From Pelagomonas calceolata (taxonomy: Eukaryota): a DNA stretch of 64,000 bases. The translations under genes were made by a program, and so were the position numbers. The notes beneath the pieces are model-generated. The model searched no databases, was not told the DNA's origin, and was given only the letters and a program-made list of their open reading frames with translations. Below, piece by piece: positions 10,856 through 21,995 of the stretch (its first letter is position 1; every line of letters begins with the position of its first letter). The DNA lies in NCBI GenBank assembly GCA_918797485.1, contig CAKKNE010000001.1:4898001-4962000 (forward strand). Reading direction: 5' to 3'.

Positions 10856-11709
10856 CTAGTTGACGGCCACGGCCACGGCGTTCTCCGCGGGGTCGGCCTT
10901 GGCGGGTACTTGTTCTGTGTCGTCGGCTATAGCGACGTCGTCGTCCTGGACGTCTAGCTCGTTGAGCGACTGGTGGCGCTTGAGGGCCACCGAGGGCTTG
11001 AACTTGTACGTAGAGTCGTTGGTCGCGAGGCACTCGAGGACGGCCTGGTGGAGGCGGCGCGTCGACTGCGTGCGGTGCGGCTCGAGGCGGTTCTCCACGC
11101 CGACCACGCGGTCCTCGCAGTCCTCGACGAAGCGCCGTACGTTGGCGCCCGGGCCGCCCGTGTTCACGGCAAAGTCGCGGAACGCCGCCGCGCGCGTCAC
11201 GGAAGACAGCGAGTCCGCGACCTCGAACTCCTTGGCGCGCGAGCCGCGGATCGTGTTCGCCGTCGAGCTCTTGCCCGCGCCGGTGATTCCGACCACCACA
11301 ATAACGCGGCGCTCGGGCTCGATCGCGTCGCGTGCCTTGAGGTAGTCCTCGACCGACGGGCCGCCCTGCAATCGCAGGCGCTCCTGGAGCCGGCGCTCGC
11401 CTGTGGGAATCAATTTTTGAGACGCCGTCGGGCCAGGAATCAATTTGCGAGAGCCGCGAAACCCCCGGCTCTCGCTCTCGGCCAAAACTCGGCCGTTTTG
11501 GCTAGATTTTTTACCAGGGGCGAGCCGTGGTGACGGTCTCGATCGCTAATGCTAAAACCGGTCGATGCGAGACCGAAAACCGCCCCAAAATCATTGATTT
11601 CTACACCAGTCTTGCTGTCACTCAAGCAGGCGGCGGCCGTCGCGGGAATAACCGCGGCCGCTGACGCGACCGAGACGCGCGATCCCAGTCGCAATGCACG
11701 GCGAAACAT
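10856..11709 (-). CDS. AIG1/GIMAP-like P-loop protein with mitochondrial-type presequence; internally shortened G domain; exons 11709-11607 and 11400-10856
   Basis: Exon 1 MFRRALRLGSRVSVASAAA... joins in frame across the introner intron to GERRLQ...; G1 VVVGITGAGKSSTANTI, G2 SSVT, GIMAP-like RRFVEDCEDRVVGVEN; no DTPG motif. Confidence 0.6.
11401..11606 (-). mobile_element. Introner element intron (206 nt, GT..AG; an in-frame GC donor at 11615 is an alternative)
   Basis: Ends GTGTAGAAATCAA...TTGATTCCCACAG match the family TIR; removal restores the reading frame; TSD is degraded. Confidence 0.75.
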
Positions 11710-11943
11710 CGTCGATATGGCTCCGCAAAACTTGCCAAAAGCGTTGGACGCCAAGGGTGGGCTAGCGGCCCGGTAAGACACTAGCAAGCGAAAAACGCGC
11801 ATGCTCAAGGAAAGAAGGAAATATCGGAGGGAACTCCATCTTACAAAGACGCATCAATCACAGATGGGTGGGCGTTGGGCGGCGCAGCGCGTAGGAAGCG
11901 AGGGAAAAGGGCGAGACGAGGCGAGCGCCGTCATGGTAGAGGC

Positions 11944-12474
11944 TCACGCCTGGATCGTCGCGCGGAGCGCGTCGGGCACATCGGCACGGGCCGCGGGCGG
12001 GTCCGTCAAAGACTGCGACCGGCGCTCGGAGCGCGCGACGCGCTGCATGTAGGCGTGCCGCGCGTTGAGCTCGTGGATGTTGTGGAACGAGGCCCGGATG
12101 AACCGCACCTCCTCCGGAATCAAGGATTGCGTACGTGGCAAATGAGCAAAGGGGTCGACCTCGGGCGATTGCACCTCAAGGCGCACCGGCTCCACGACGG
12201 CCTCGCGCCCGATGGGCCGGAAATCATTGCCGCTGGGCGACCCGCTGGGCGACGTCGGCGAGTGGCAGCGCAGGAAGACGCGGGGGCCCTCGGTTGATGG
12301 CGAGGGCCGCGGCGACGGGCACGATATGCGCCCTACTTGCAGAGCCTCGACGTCCTCGCGGCTGCGGCGCGGGCTCCGTGGCGGGAAGGGGCTCTGCGGC
12401 GGGCTGGCGACCTCCGTCGCCATTGGATCGGCCGTGTCTGTTTTTGGTCCCTCTTGTGTTCTTTTTGGATCCAC
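11944..12474 (-). CDS. Hypothetical Pro/Ser-rich protein
   Basis: 176-aa ATG-started ORF filling an intergenic gap; no recognisable domain. Confidence 0.4.
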   Translation of the reverse strand: MDPKRTQEGPKTDTADPMATEVASPPQSPFPPRSPRRSREDVEALQVGRISCPSPRPSPSTEGPRVFLRCHSPTSPSGSPSGNDFRPIGREAVVEPVRLEVQSPEVDPFAHLPRTQSLIPEEVRFIRASFHNIHELNARHAYMQRVARSERRSQSLTDPPAARADVPDALRATIQA

Positions 12475-12792
12475 TGCCTCTCAACTGACCGGGCTCGCTC
12501 CCCCGGCCGTCGGGCCGTTCGGGCGTGCCGGTCGTGCCGGCGGCTGCCCCGGGATCGCGCGCCGGTGTCGCTACGCGGGCTGCCAGGTTGGCACAGCTCA
12601 GAGCGCTCATTTGACGCCTACTAGTGGTGTCGCCAGCTTGAACCACAGCCAGAGTCTGATGCGAACGCAAACCACCGCTCCCAGGCGGGGGACGAGCGTT
12701 CCGACCAACCGGGGTGGAATTGCGGCGCATCAGCAGTGACCGCGCGCCTACCGAGCAGAGAGTAATGTCTTAATCTTCAGTCATGCAGACGC

Positions 12793-15039
12793 CTACTTGA
12801 GCTGGTGCCCGCACTTCGCGCACTTTTGGGAAGGCGCGCACTTCGTCACCTTCTGCCCGAACCGCAGCGTCGAGAGCGACTCCCGGAGGTGCGCCCGCTC
12901 CGGCGCGAGGTTGAAGATGGCCAGGCATTTGGCGTCGCCGCACAACGACGGCCGCAACAAGAACGTCAGCCGCGAATCCCTATAAGGTACGTGGCTCCGG
13001 TCCTTCTTCGCCAAAGCGCCGACGACCGTCCCCAGCGTAGATAGGGAAGAGTTGATGAACTTCGCCTCCCTTAGTAGTTGTGGATCGGCACCCGACCCAC
13101 TCACATGTAACCGTTCTGAGCCAGCCAAATCAACAAGATTCAACACGCCTTCTCGGGTCTCAATCCCGTTCGTGCCCGTGATACGCAGAGCAAACAAGCA
13201 GTGCGACCTCGACGACGTCTTGTTCGAGTTCGTGGCGGCCGTGTGCCTATTGCGTGACGCCGCTCGGAGTATTTGATCAGCATCCTCCGCGCACTCGACT
13301 TTACGTCGTGTCAAGTTCTCCACCACGATGTCCTCATCTAGCGTCTCTCGTACCGTAAGCTTCTCTGTGGAATCACCTAGTAAATCATAGACGCCATCCA
13401 GGTAAATCTCGAGCATCTCCACGCTTAATTCAAATTTCCAGTCCTGCGTCTGTTCGAGGTGCGCGACGCCGTCAAAAACTAAGCCCAGCGACCGTTGTAA
13501 AATACCGGCGTCGTCCTCATTCCCGCCAACCGGCGGCCCGAGCATCGTGTGCGTCTTGCCGGAACCAGTCTGGCCGTAGGCAAAGATACAAACCTTGTAG
13601 CCGTCTAATGCGGACTGGCAGAAGGGCCTTACCGCATCAAAGACGCCCAATTGATTTGTCTGAGGACCCAATACTCGATCGTAGGCAAATCTAAATGTTC
13701 TCGCTTTTCTCGGCGGCCCGCCGAAGGCTACGTCCTCCGGCACTTCGACCTCGTCCCCCGAGCTGTTCGCTCGACTGGGCGGGCAGCTCACGGCTTCATC
13801 AGAAGACACTTTGGAACCGACGGTCAGCGCGGGCCGCACGCGCACAAACACCCTAATGTTGCCCTGCAGCTCCACGACGCGATTATGTAAACGCCGTCGG
13901 ACCCCGTCCCAGAGCTTCCGGTCCCGATCAAACGCATCTCGACAGGCCTCCGCCTCCTTGGTTGCTGCTTTTGCTCTAGCGTCGGCGTTCCGCTCCAATC
14001 GTTGCGCAATGACCGCCTCCTCGGCCTTCGTCTTGGCTAGAGCCTCGGCGGCCTCGCGCGCTTGCGCGAGGCCGTCTATTCTAGAAGACATAGCGTCGGC
14101 GTGGGCCTGGGCCTCGCTTCGTGCGCGTTCCGCTCTTTCAACCGCGACGGCCGCGTCCGCCTCTCTTCTTAACTGCTCGGCCGCGCGCCGCTCCGCGTCG
14201 GCCCGCGCCGCGTCGCGCTCCCGCAACGCCGACGCCGCGCGCGCGTCCGCGTCCTCGAGAGCATGGAGACGCGCCTCGAGCGCCGCCGTGCGGGACGCTT
14301 CGTCGGCCTGGGCCCTTTGATGGGCCTCCGCCTGGGCCCGCTCGAGCTGGGCCACGCGCTCGGACAAAGCCTCTACTTCATCCTGCGCTTGTCGTTGGGC
14401 GGCCCGGGCCCGGTCCCGCGCCGCCTCGGCCTCGACGCGCGCGCGCCGCGCTTCGACACTTTCAGCCTCGGCCTTCTGAACCAATTGAAGGGCCTCCGCG
14501 TCGCGGTACGGCGACGGCGGCGGCGACCGCGGCGACCGCGCGCGCCGCCGTAATCGCTCGAGCTGCGCCGTCTTCTCGCGGGCTTTTTCAGCTCTACGGT
14601 GGTGCAGCAGCGTCTGCAATCTTAATGCAGCGACGTGCCGCTTCGACTCGCGACTTTCCAAATCGCGCGGCGTCAGCGTCCCGCGGTGCGGTAATAAACG
14701 CTTCACGGGTACCGGTGATAACGAATCGGTCTGGGCCTGGGCCGACGCGGCCTGGCGCTCGGCCCTGGTCGCCTGGCGCTCGAGCTCCTTGGCGAGGTCG
14801 TCGACGCCGTCGTCGTCGCCCAAGGGGCTCAGCCAGGAGTCGCGCGTCGTCGACGCGTCGTCGAACTGGACCTTGCGTACAGATATAGCTCGCGCGACGC
14901 CCTGCGTGTGCGGGGCCTCCATCGGCTCGGCCTTCTCGGCCGAGGTCGTCGTCTCGGCGGCCGTGCTGCTGGAGCGGGGCGGCGACTTCACCCGGGGCGG
15001 GGGCGGCGGGAGGTTGCTGGCTCCCAACGGTGTCGGCAT
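12793..15039 (-). CDS. Kinesin-14 (C-terminal motor, KIFC/Kar3-like)
   Basis: Coiled coil, neck RRRLHNRVVELQGNIRVFVRVRP, P-loop AYGQTGSGKT, NKTSSRSH, DLAGSER, HVPYRDSRLT. Confidence 0.95.
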   Translation of the reverse strand: MPTPLGASNLPPPPPRVKSPPRSSSTAAETTTSAEKAEPMEAPHTQGVARAISVRKVQFDDASTTRDSWLSPLGDDDGVDDLAKELERQATRAERQAASAQAQTDSLSPVPVKRLLPHRGTLTPRDLESRESKRHVAALRLQTLLHHRRAEKAREKTAQLERLRRRARSPRSPPPSPYRDAEALQLVQKAEAESVEARRARVEAEAARDRARAAQRQAQDEVEALSERVAQLERAQAEAHQRAQADEASRTAALEARLHALEDADARAASALRERDAARADAERRAAEQLRREADAAVAVERAERARSEAQAHADAMSSRIDGLAQAREAAEALAKTKAEEAVIAQRLERNADARAKAATKEAEACRDAFDRDRKLWDGVRRRLHNRVVELQGNIRVFVRVRPALTVGSKVSSDEAVSCPPSRANSSGDEVEVPEDVAFGGPPRKARTFRFAYDRVLGPQTNQLGVFDAVRPFCQSALDGYKVCIFAYGQTGSGKTHTMLGPPVGGNEDDAGILQRSLGLVFDGVAHLEQTQDWKFELSVEMLEIYLDGVYDLLGDSTEKLTVRETLDEDIVVENLTRRKVECAEDADQILRAASRNRHTAATNSNKTSSRSHCLFALRITGTNGIETREGVLNLVDLAGSERLHVSGSGADPQLLREAKFINSSLSTLGTVVGALAKKDRSHVPYRDSRLTFLLRPSLCGDAKCLAIFNLAPERAHLRESLSTLRFGQKVTKCAPSQKCAKCGHQLK

Positions 15040-15425
15040 CGTTTTGTGGCCGCGCGAAGCTGTTGCCTTTATCGGTGTATTTCGCAGCGCGTGCGTGTGC
15101 GGCGCGGCCGAGTTTGACCCCGACGCAGCGTGTCAGGTCTCCGGAGGTGATGTGATGCGGCGCGCTCCGTCGGTGGCGCCGCTGCGGCTCCACTACACTC
15201 GACAACGTGAAAATTGCCAATAGTGTCTAGCGTAAACTCTCTAGAGTTCGTAGGGTGTCGGTTTATCCACTAGTCCTAGCACCGTAACAATCGATTCTCG
15301 TGTCGGTTTATGCTGCCCAGTTTCAGTCGGGGCGCCACACGTGCCGGCCAGGACCCATCGCGCCCACCCCACGCCGTCGACGAACGATAACTATAGAATA
15401 AGCTTATGCCCCCCAAGGGAGACGA

Positions 15426-18105
15426 CTAATCAAGGAGGTCGTCGAGCTGCGCCGCCGAGTACCCCGCCTGCTCGAGGTCGCGCCGCCCGGTCCCCCCGAA
15501 CTGGTTGTAGACCTCGTTGCGGCACTCGCGGTAGTCGTGCATCTTGTCGCCCTGGGCCATGTTCGTGTACCGGCGGAAGCTCCGGTTGTGCGTGTCCCTA
15601 CCAGCCTCCAATTCATGCGCTTCAAAGTCCTCCGAGTCGCCGTCGTCGATCTCGACGTGCCAGAGGTCCATCTGCTGGACGTCGCCGTCTTGCTCCTCGA
15701 AGCCCTCGGGGACGAAGCCCGTCACGACGCCCTGCTTGAACTGTCTCCCATATTTCTTCGCGATGATGCAACCTAACGCTTCATTACCTTCCTTGAGCCA
15801 GCCGTTGTCGCCCTCGTCCGGTCTATCGGCATGATATCTATCGGCCAGAGCATTTTTTAAGTCGCGTTCCTCTTCAAAGGCGTCATCTAGCGCTCGGTAC
15901 AACGCCTTGACTTCCTGTTTCGACGCGTAGCACTTCCACTCGGATGTTTCCCTTAACTGTTGGGGTAACTCGGATACACTCTCCGTAACTCCACCAGGCG
16001 TCGGTGGCACCTTCTTCGGTGGAGGAGCCTCGACGAGGGTCTGGGCGAACACTCGACACAGTCCATGGTCCTCGTCCTTCTCGTCGAAGTCGTAGTAGCG
16101 CGTACCGGTTCTATCTATACCTAACGGCTCTCTACGAACCCCGGTGTTTGTCCTTCCACCAACTTCGTCTCTGGTCTGTCGCATCTCGTAGGTACACATG
16201 GTGTGCGCGGGGTTCGCCGACGCCAACTTCCTCAAAGCATCAGCGACGGGAGTGATGCACCACGGTTCGTCGTCCGGGCCGCCCTCGTCGCCCATCAAGT
16301 CCGCTCGGTCTGCGCTCTTTAAGGCGTTCTTGAGCAATTTAATGTCACCAGACTGCAACGCCGCTCTTAAATCCCGAAACGCCGACTCTCTATACTTATC
16401 TCTCTTTTCGCGCTCGTAGCGCCGCGACACGCGATTCTTATTCCTACGTCTAATAGCTTGATTGGTAGCTTGGCGCTTCTTCCTCTCGGAAGTTTTGAGG
16501 CCGTCTTCCTCCGTGTCGAGCTCCTCCTCGTCGTCTGAGATAGGTTCATCATCAGGTGGGCCAGCTAACACCTTCCTTCCACCCAGCGCTCGTTCCTTGC
16601 TCATGGCGTTCATTTTGGCGGTGATCTCCTTCTCCTTGATGTCTGCTGCTTTGATGGGCGCCTTGTCGCCCAACAACTTCGCGCGCTCGGCGCGTTCCTT
16701 TTTTATCTTCTCGAGGGCCTCTTTTTTCAATTGAGCCTTTGCTGAATCAGCGTCCTTGCGCGCCTGCTTCTGCTTCTTCTTCTCCTCCTTGGCCCAGGAC
16801 TCTTCGGCGGACTTGCGCGCTACGAGGGCTTTTCTGCAGGCTTGCGTGCGATACACAGCCAAAGCCAGGACAGCCATGGCGCTCACCTTCTGGTCGGACG
16901 GTAGGGAGCAGAAGGGCGTCTCCTTCATGGACCTTCTCGCTTGATGCGCACCGGCAGCACTCGAGAACCACGCGTCCCGCTTGCCCGCGGCGACGTGCAC
17001 GCATGACCGTAAAGATCTTCTGAGCATGGACTCCCAGTTGGAAGGTGTCACAGTATCAGCCTGGGCTATCGAACGTCTTCTTCTAGCGCTTCTAGGCGGC
17101 CGCTTCTTCGCCGGCGGCGTCGCGCTGTGGCCGAGGCGGTCGACCTTCTTGCGCTTGCGGCCCTGGTAGACGGGCTCGGGCTCGGCCTCCTCCTCGTCTT
17201 CTTCTTCCTCTTCCTCCTCCTCGTAGGAGTCCTCCTCCTCGGCCGCATCCTCCTGTTCTTCCTGCGTGGAACGGAGGCTCGCGCGCGAGACGCGTCGACT
17301 CTCGTGTGATCATGAAGGCGTCGCGGCGACGTGGGCTCACGAAGACGCCATCGACGCGACCCCGGCAAGTTAGTCATTCACGACACTGGCCACTGACCTC
17401 CTCCGCCTTGGCCTCGGCAGCCTCGGCCGCGGCCTCGTCCGCCGCATCTTCTTCGTCGAGGCCCACTAGGCCCTCCTTGAGCACCATGCGCAGCATGCCC
17501 CGCACCGTTTCAATCAACAACACGGAGTTCTCCGGCCCGCTCACCGCATGAGCGTAGTCATCAAATGAATATCTACACAAGCTTAGTTTGTCGTTGAAGG
17601 TCTGGGCGCAGTCCCACGCCAATAAGGCGGGGGCCATCAATTCTTCGGCGATGGGTAACCTTCCTCTCGGTTCCGGTAGATCGAGTGAGGGGAGTAACGA
17701 TCTAGAAACGCCGCCCTCGCGCGCCTTCCTCAGCTCATTTTCCAGGGCGGACTTCTGCCTCGTTAATTCTTTCAACTTCTGCTTGGCCTCGTCCTTCTCC
17801 CTCTTGGCGATGGGCAGCTCCGTGGCCTTGCGTTCCAAGTCCCGCGCGTCGCGCTCGCGCTGTTTTTTCAATCTCTCCATGCGCGACGCCTGGTCCGCCT
17901 CGCGCAATGCTTCGGGCGACGCCTCCCGCCGAATCCTCGCCTTCTCGCGCATCTGATCTAGGGTAATGTCGTTGTCGTCGCTGTCGTCGTCGTCCATCGG
18001 CGACGGGCGCGTCGCGTCGGGGCTCGGCTCGGCCGCGGTGGGCGAGGGCGGGGCGTCGACGTCCATGGGGTCCTCGTTTTCGTCTCCGATGGGGCCGTGG
18101 TCCAT
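15426..18105 (-). CDS. DDT + WHIM1/WSD chromatin-remodelling accessory protein (BAZ/ACF1-like); exons 18105-17398 and 17261-15426
   Basis: DDT-like ALLAWDCAQTFNDKLSLCRYSFDDYAHAV; WHIM1-like FCSLPSDQKVSAMAVL; WHIM2 REPLGIDRTGTRYY; WHIM3 WKCYASKQEVKALYRALD; a GTCAGT..CACGCAG intron joins the two ORFs in frame. Confidence 0.8.
17262..17397 (-). other. Spliceosomal intron (136 nt), possibly a decayed introner
   Basis: GT..AG, phase 0; contains ACGCCATCGACGCGAC, also present inside the intact introner at 21164-21366. Confidence 0.65.
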
Positions 18106-18477
18106 GGCTAGGGCGTGTTTGGCGTTTTCAGCGCTATGGCGCCTTTTGAGTTTGCGGCGCTGCGCGCGCGGCGGGGCTTTTCAGGGGTGCTGCGGGGCGC
18201 TGTGGGGGGCGCCTCGACAGGTGCGCTGCGTCCGCGGGCGCGTTTTGCAAGCTGCGCAGAGGAAGACGTCGCAAAAACTCAAAGGCCTTGACCTGAGCTA
18301 GTATGTTACCACGCTAGGAGAAAACTCAGAAGCCCCGTAAAATGGCCATTCGCCCTCCTGCCAGCACTGCAAGACCTCGCAACGAGCACCTGGACACGTC
18401 GCCGCCGCGTCTGACACCCCCCGGCGCGACCCGCGCGGCCATGGCTACTTCAACACATAGTATATTAGACGGCGTCT

Positions 18478-19488
18478 TCAGTTGATCGCCTCCACGACGC
18501 TCGAATCCGAGACGAACTTCTTCACGCGCGACGAGCCGCGGCGGCCCGGCCGCGACGGTTTTGTCGAGGGCTTGTGCACGAGGGGCACGTGGGCCTTTTC
18601 CACAGCCGTCTCATCCAACACGCCCGCAACACTCGAATCCAGCTCGGAGGCGTCGCGGCAGTCGACGAGCGTCGCTTGGATGCCCTTCTCGGCTACAAGT
18701 CCAGAAAACGTCTGCTTGGCGGTCGAATAGGTCATTTTTTGCTTGATGGGTGCACTGTCCGGACAATAGAACACTAAGACTGCTTTCTCGCTCCGCTTCA
18801 CGACCACGAAGCGCGGCGCGTCCAGAGCACTGAGGGCGTCGCGGATGCGCGCCGTCTCCTCACAGCTTTGAGCAAGCTCAAGCGTCTCGTTCGCGCCCAA
18901 CACGACCTCGACCAAGCCCGTCGACAAGCCTTGTAAAGCGGTCGACGCCTCGGCGGATAATTCGAAAGGTACCGAGGCCATGCCCGCGCACCGCGAGAAC
19001 GCGGGCCGCGTGCGCTCCTCGTTTTCCAAGCGTTCGGCGTCCGTGAGCGGCCCGTCGCTCTTCGTCTCTGCGGCGAGCAATGCTGCACCAGACAAATCAC
19101 TATCAAAAGCCGAGAAGTCCTTGTGCGAGGCAAAAAAACCGGCGCCTAGACTCTGCTTCAGGTCTTCGCGCGACGACGAGTAGAGCATTTTGAGGCGAGG
19201 CGGCGCGCAGTCCGGGGCCCAATTTAGTAATTGCCACCTCCTTGCTGTTGGTGTTCTTTCTCTTGCTATGAGTACAAAACATGGCTGCTCGTCATTCAAC
19301 GGTACGGCGGCTCTCAAGCTGTCGACCGTGCTTGATAGTTCACTGGTAGCGTCTTCGTGGGCCTTTATTAATGAGATAGCTTCGCCCTTGATGGTGCAGG
19401 CGATCCAGGCCACCTTTGAGTCTTGTGATTGGGCCTGGAGGAAGGCGCTAGCTAGCTCGACGTCGACGGGGAGGTGGGCGCGGGCCAT
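18478..19488 (-). CDS. TWF: Twinfilin (tandem ADF-H actin-binding protein)
   Basis: WAPDCAPPRLKMLYSSSR and FYCPDSAPIKQKMTYST in two ADF-H domains; basic tail KPSRPGRR. Confidence 0.9.
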   Translation of the reverse strand: MARAHLPVDVELASAFLQAQSQDSKVAWIACTIKGEAISLIKAHEDATSELSSTVDSLRAAVPLNDEQPCFVLIARERTPTARRWQLLNWAPDCAPPRLKMLYSSSREDLKQSLGAGFFASHKDFSAFDSDLSGAALLAAETKSDGPLTDAERLENEERTRPAFSRCAGMASVPFELSAEASTALQGLSTGLVEVVLGANETLELAQSCEETARIRDALSALDAPRFVVVKRSEKAVLVFYCPDSAPIKQKMTYSTAKQTFSGLVAEKGIQATLVDCRDASELDSSVAGVLDETAVEKAHVPLVHKPSTKPSRPGRRGSSRVKKFVSDSSVVEAIN

Positions 19489-19813
19489 GGCTGCTGCTGG
19501 CTGGCTGCGGCGGTGCTGTGAGCACTGCGGTACGCCGTCCCGGGCCAATATCGACGCGTCTGCGCCTTTTTTTGGCAAAAGCCCCGGGCCGGCATTTTTT
19601 AATTCGTCGAATCACGGGTTTTTCAATCAATTTTGACCGCATACTCGTCAAGGGTTGGCATAGTGGGCCGTTTGTGTGGCCTCAAGTCTCGCAAATGTCG
19701 TATAGTTTGCGCCATTAAAGCCGCGGCGCTCCTCGTAAACTCTATTGCCTGAAACCTCCTTCCAAGGACTTTATCTGCCGTGTACCGGGCGCCGCGCGCC
19801 CAAACGAGAGGCC

Positions 19814-21814
19814 ATGTACTACGCTACCGTCGCCGCCGCGGCCCTCCACCAGTTGCTCCTTCGTACCATCACGAAGGCCCTCGACGACAACGTCGTCGCG
19901 CAAAACGTGGCCTCCGGCCTTTTCTGCGCCCTGTTTGTGGCCCTCGGCGTCGTCAATCGGCCAACGCTGCTCGCCACAAGCATGCTCGGCTACCTCGTCA
20001 GCGACTCCGCGTCTGTGACCACCGCTGGGTATGCAATCCATCACGCCGTCACCGCGATGCTCCTGCTCGTGAGCCTTCACGCAGAGGGAGCCTACGACGA
20101 CCTGACTGTGGTACTTGGAGGCTACGGCGAGGCCTCGACTATCCTGCTTTGCGTCGCGGACACCTTCAAGCAGCGACCGCGCCTCCAAAAGGCGTACCCG
20201 CAATTGAACCAATTTGTGCGCTACGCGTTCGCTTTTGCGTTTTTTGGGTTGCGCGTGGGGTACTGGTCGGCGTCTGTGTGGAAATCAACCAGTGAGTTAG
20301 GTTGACAACGTCGCGTCGATGGCCTGAAAACTCCACGCCATCGAGCAGACGCAGCTACGGAGACAACATCGCGCCGATGGCGTGGGGCGCCCGAAATTTG
20401 ATTTCCACACAGGTCGGCTTGGATTATTCCCTGGACCGGACCACTGCCCGTGCGCCTCGGGCTCTACGCGCTGCTCTGCCTACAGTACTACTGGGGCTTC
20501 TGCATTCTGAAAAAGGTGGCGAGTTCGGTTGCCCCGTACCGCGACCGGTTTCGCCGGCCGCGCGGCAAGCACCGGCCCGTCTGCTGCTGTGTGGAAATCA
20601 AAGTTAGTAGGCTTCTCCGCGGCTGAATCATGACCTGCACGCCATCGACCTTGCTCGACGGCGTGGCGGTGTGGGTCTCTCTACACTCGATTCAGTGAAC
20701 ACGGTCGCGTCGCCGCCGAGACTCGAGAAAGTGCACCAGATCACTGGTTGATTTGCGCCCAGGTCTGCGGCGGTCTCTGCCTCGTCGCGAACATCAAAAA
20801 CAACCAGTTCCCCTGCGTGCCCTGGATGATCGTGGTCCCCAACGCGCTCTTCTGCCTCCTGCTGCCGACCAAGCTCGCGACCGAGAAACACGCTGCGCTC
20901 GCCTGCATGGCGGGGAGTCTCGCGTGTCTGGTGGCCGCGCGGTTCACGGAGCCCGGGATCCTGCCCGCGGCCGTGGACATCGACCACGACGCGCCCGATG
21001 CTCCGGTCACGCACGTCCTCATTGGCGGGAAACGGGTGCCGCTCGCCGACCGCCGCGCGAGATATTCGAGGTATACGGACGTCATCGTCGCGCGGCTCGA
21101 CCACTACTGCTCCTGGATCGGGAGCCCCGTCGGCGCGCGGAACCATTTCTACTACGTCGCGTTCTGTGTGGAAATCAGAATTTTACGGCGCGTTCGTGTT
21201 GAATCATCGCGTCCTCCTCCACGCCATCGACGCGACGCCTGCTCGATGGCGTGGCGATGCCGGTTCCTCACCGCTCGACCGAGCCAGGACGGCCGCGTCA
21301 TCGCCGAGAAATGACTTAGTGAAGAATTATCGCGTGCAGCCGGCACACTGGTTGATTTCCACACAGGTCGCGTTCCTCTTCTGGTCTTCGCTAGACGTCG
21401 CGATCATGGGGCCGGCGAGCGCGCTGCGCTTCGGGCGCCTCGCGCGGTCGAAACATAGTATCGAGCGGGTCTCGCCGCCCTTCGTGGTCGGCCTCGCGCT
21501 CCTGGGGTGCTACTGCTTCGGGGTCCTGGTCTGGACCGGCAGCCTCCTCGTCGACCAGGCCGGTCTCGTGCGGCTCGGTGCCTCTGCTCGATGGCGTGGA
21601 GGGCGACGCTCGCCACGTGCGCGGCCACCGGTCGACGTCCGCACAGGTCACGCGAAACGAGACGTCGATCGAGCGGGTGAAGAAGACGTGGCGCGGCCGC
21701 GCGAATCCGTACGACCGCGGAGCCTTCCGGAACTGGCTCGACTTCTGCTTTCGCGCGACGCCGTCGGTCGTCCTCGAATTGGATCAGGTAGAGAGCCGTT
21801 GTGAGGCCGCGTAA
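19814..21814 (+). CDS. TLC-domain / DHHC-family (DHYC) palmitoyltransferase fusion, about 459 aa; exons 19814-20265, 20413-20578, 20763-21155, 21367-21567, 21647-21814
   Basis: Removing four introns gives one open frame: TLC motifs IHHAV, GEASTILL, FAFAFFGLRV, LQYYWGFCILKK; then EPGILP, RLDHYCSWIGSPVGARNH, NETSIE, NPYDRGAFRNWLDF. Confidence 0.75.
20266..20412 (+). mobile_element. Introner element intron (147 nt; element 20274-20412)
   Basis: TIR CTGTGTGGAAATCAA...TTGATTTCCACACAG; TSD GTCGGCGT/GTCGGCTT supplies the GT donor. Confidence 0.9.
20579..20762 (+). mobile_element. Introner element intron (184 nt; element 20587-20762)
   Basis: TIR CTGTGTGGAAATCAA...TTGATTTGCGCCCAG; TSD GTCTGCTG/GTCTGCGG. 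Confidence 0.85.
21156..21366 (+). mobile_element. Introner element intron (211 nt; element 21164-21366)
   Basis: TIR CTGTGTGGAAATCA...TGATTTCCACACAG; perfect 8-bp TSD GTCGCGTT. Confidence 0.92.
21568..21646 (+). other. 79-nt intron, probably a decayed introner
   Basis: GTGCGG..CGCACAG; retains CTGCTCGATGGCGTGG found in the neighbouring introner; removal restores the frame to the DHHC C-terminal motifs. Confidence 0.7.
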
Positions 21815-21995
21815 AATCCTAGCTGGTCATCATGTAGAGAGTCGTCGTGAGGCCGCGTAAAATTCACGCTAGCGACGTGTGTCCGTCAGTCAGTCATTTG
21901 CGCGCCTCGACTCGGGCTGAAGCTAGCGGCGTAAGGACTCTAGAATCCAGTTAGCTGACAAAAAGACGATGGCACTGACTCCCTGAACGTCCACC

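Noticed and set aside
21788..21863. 30-bp direct duplication spanning the DHHC stop codon
   Set aside because: Ordinary local duplication in a 3' UTR with no further structure.
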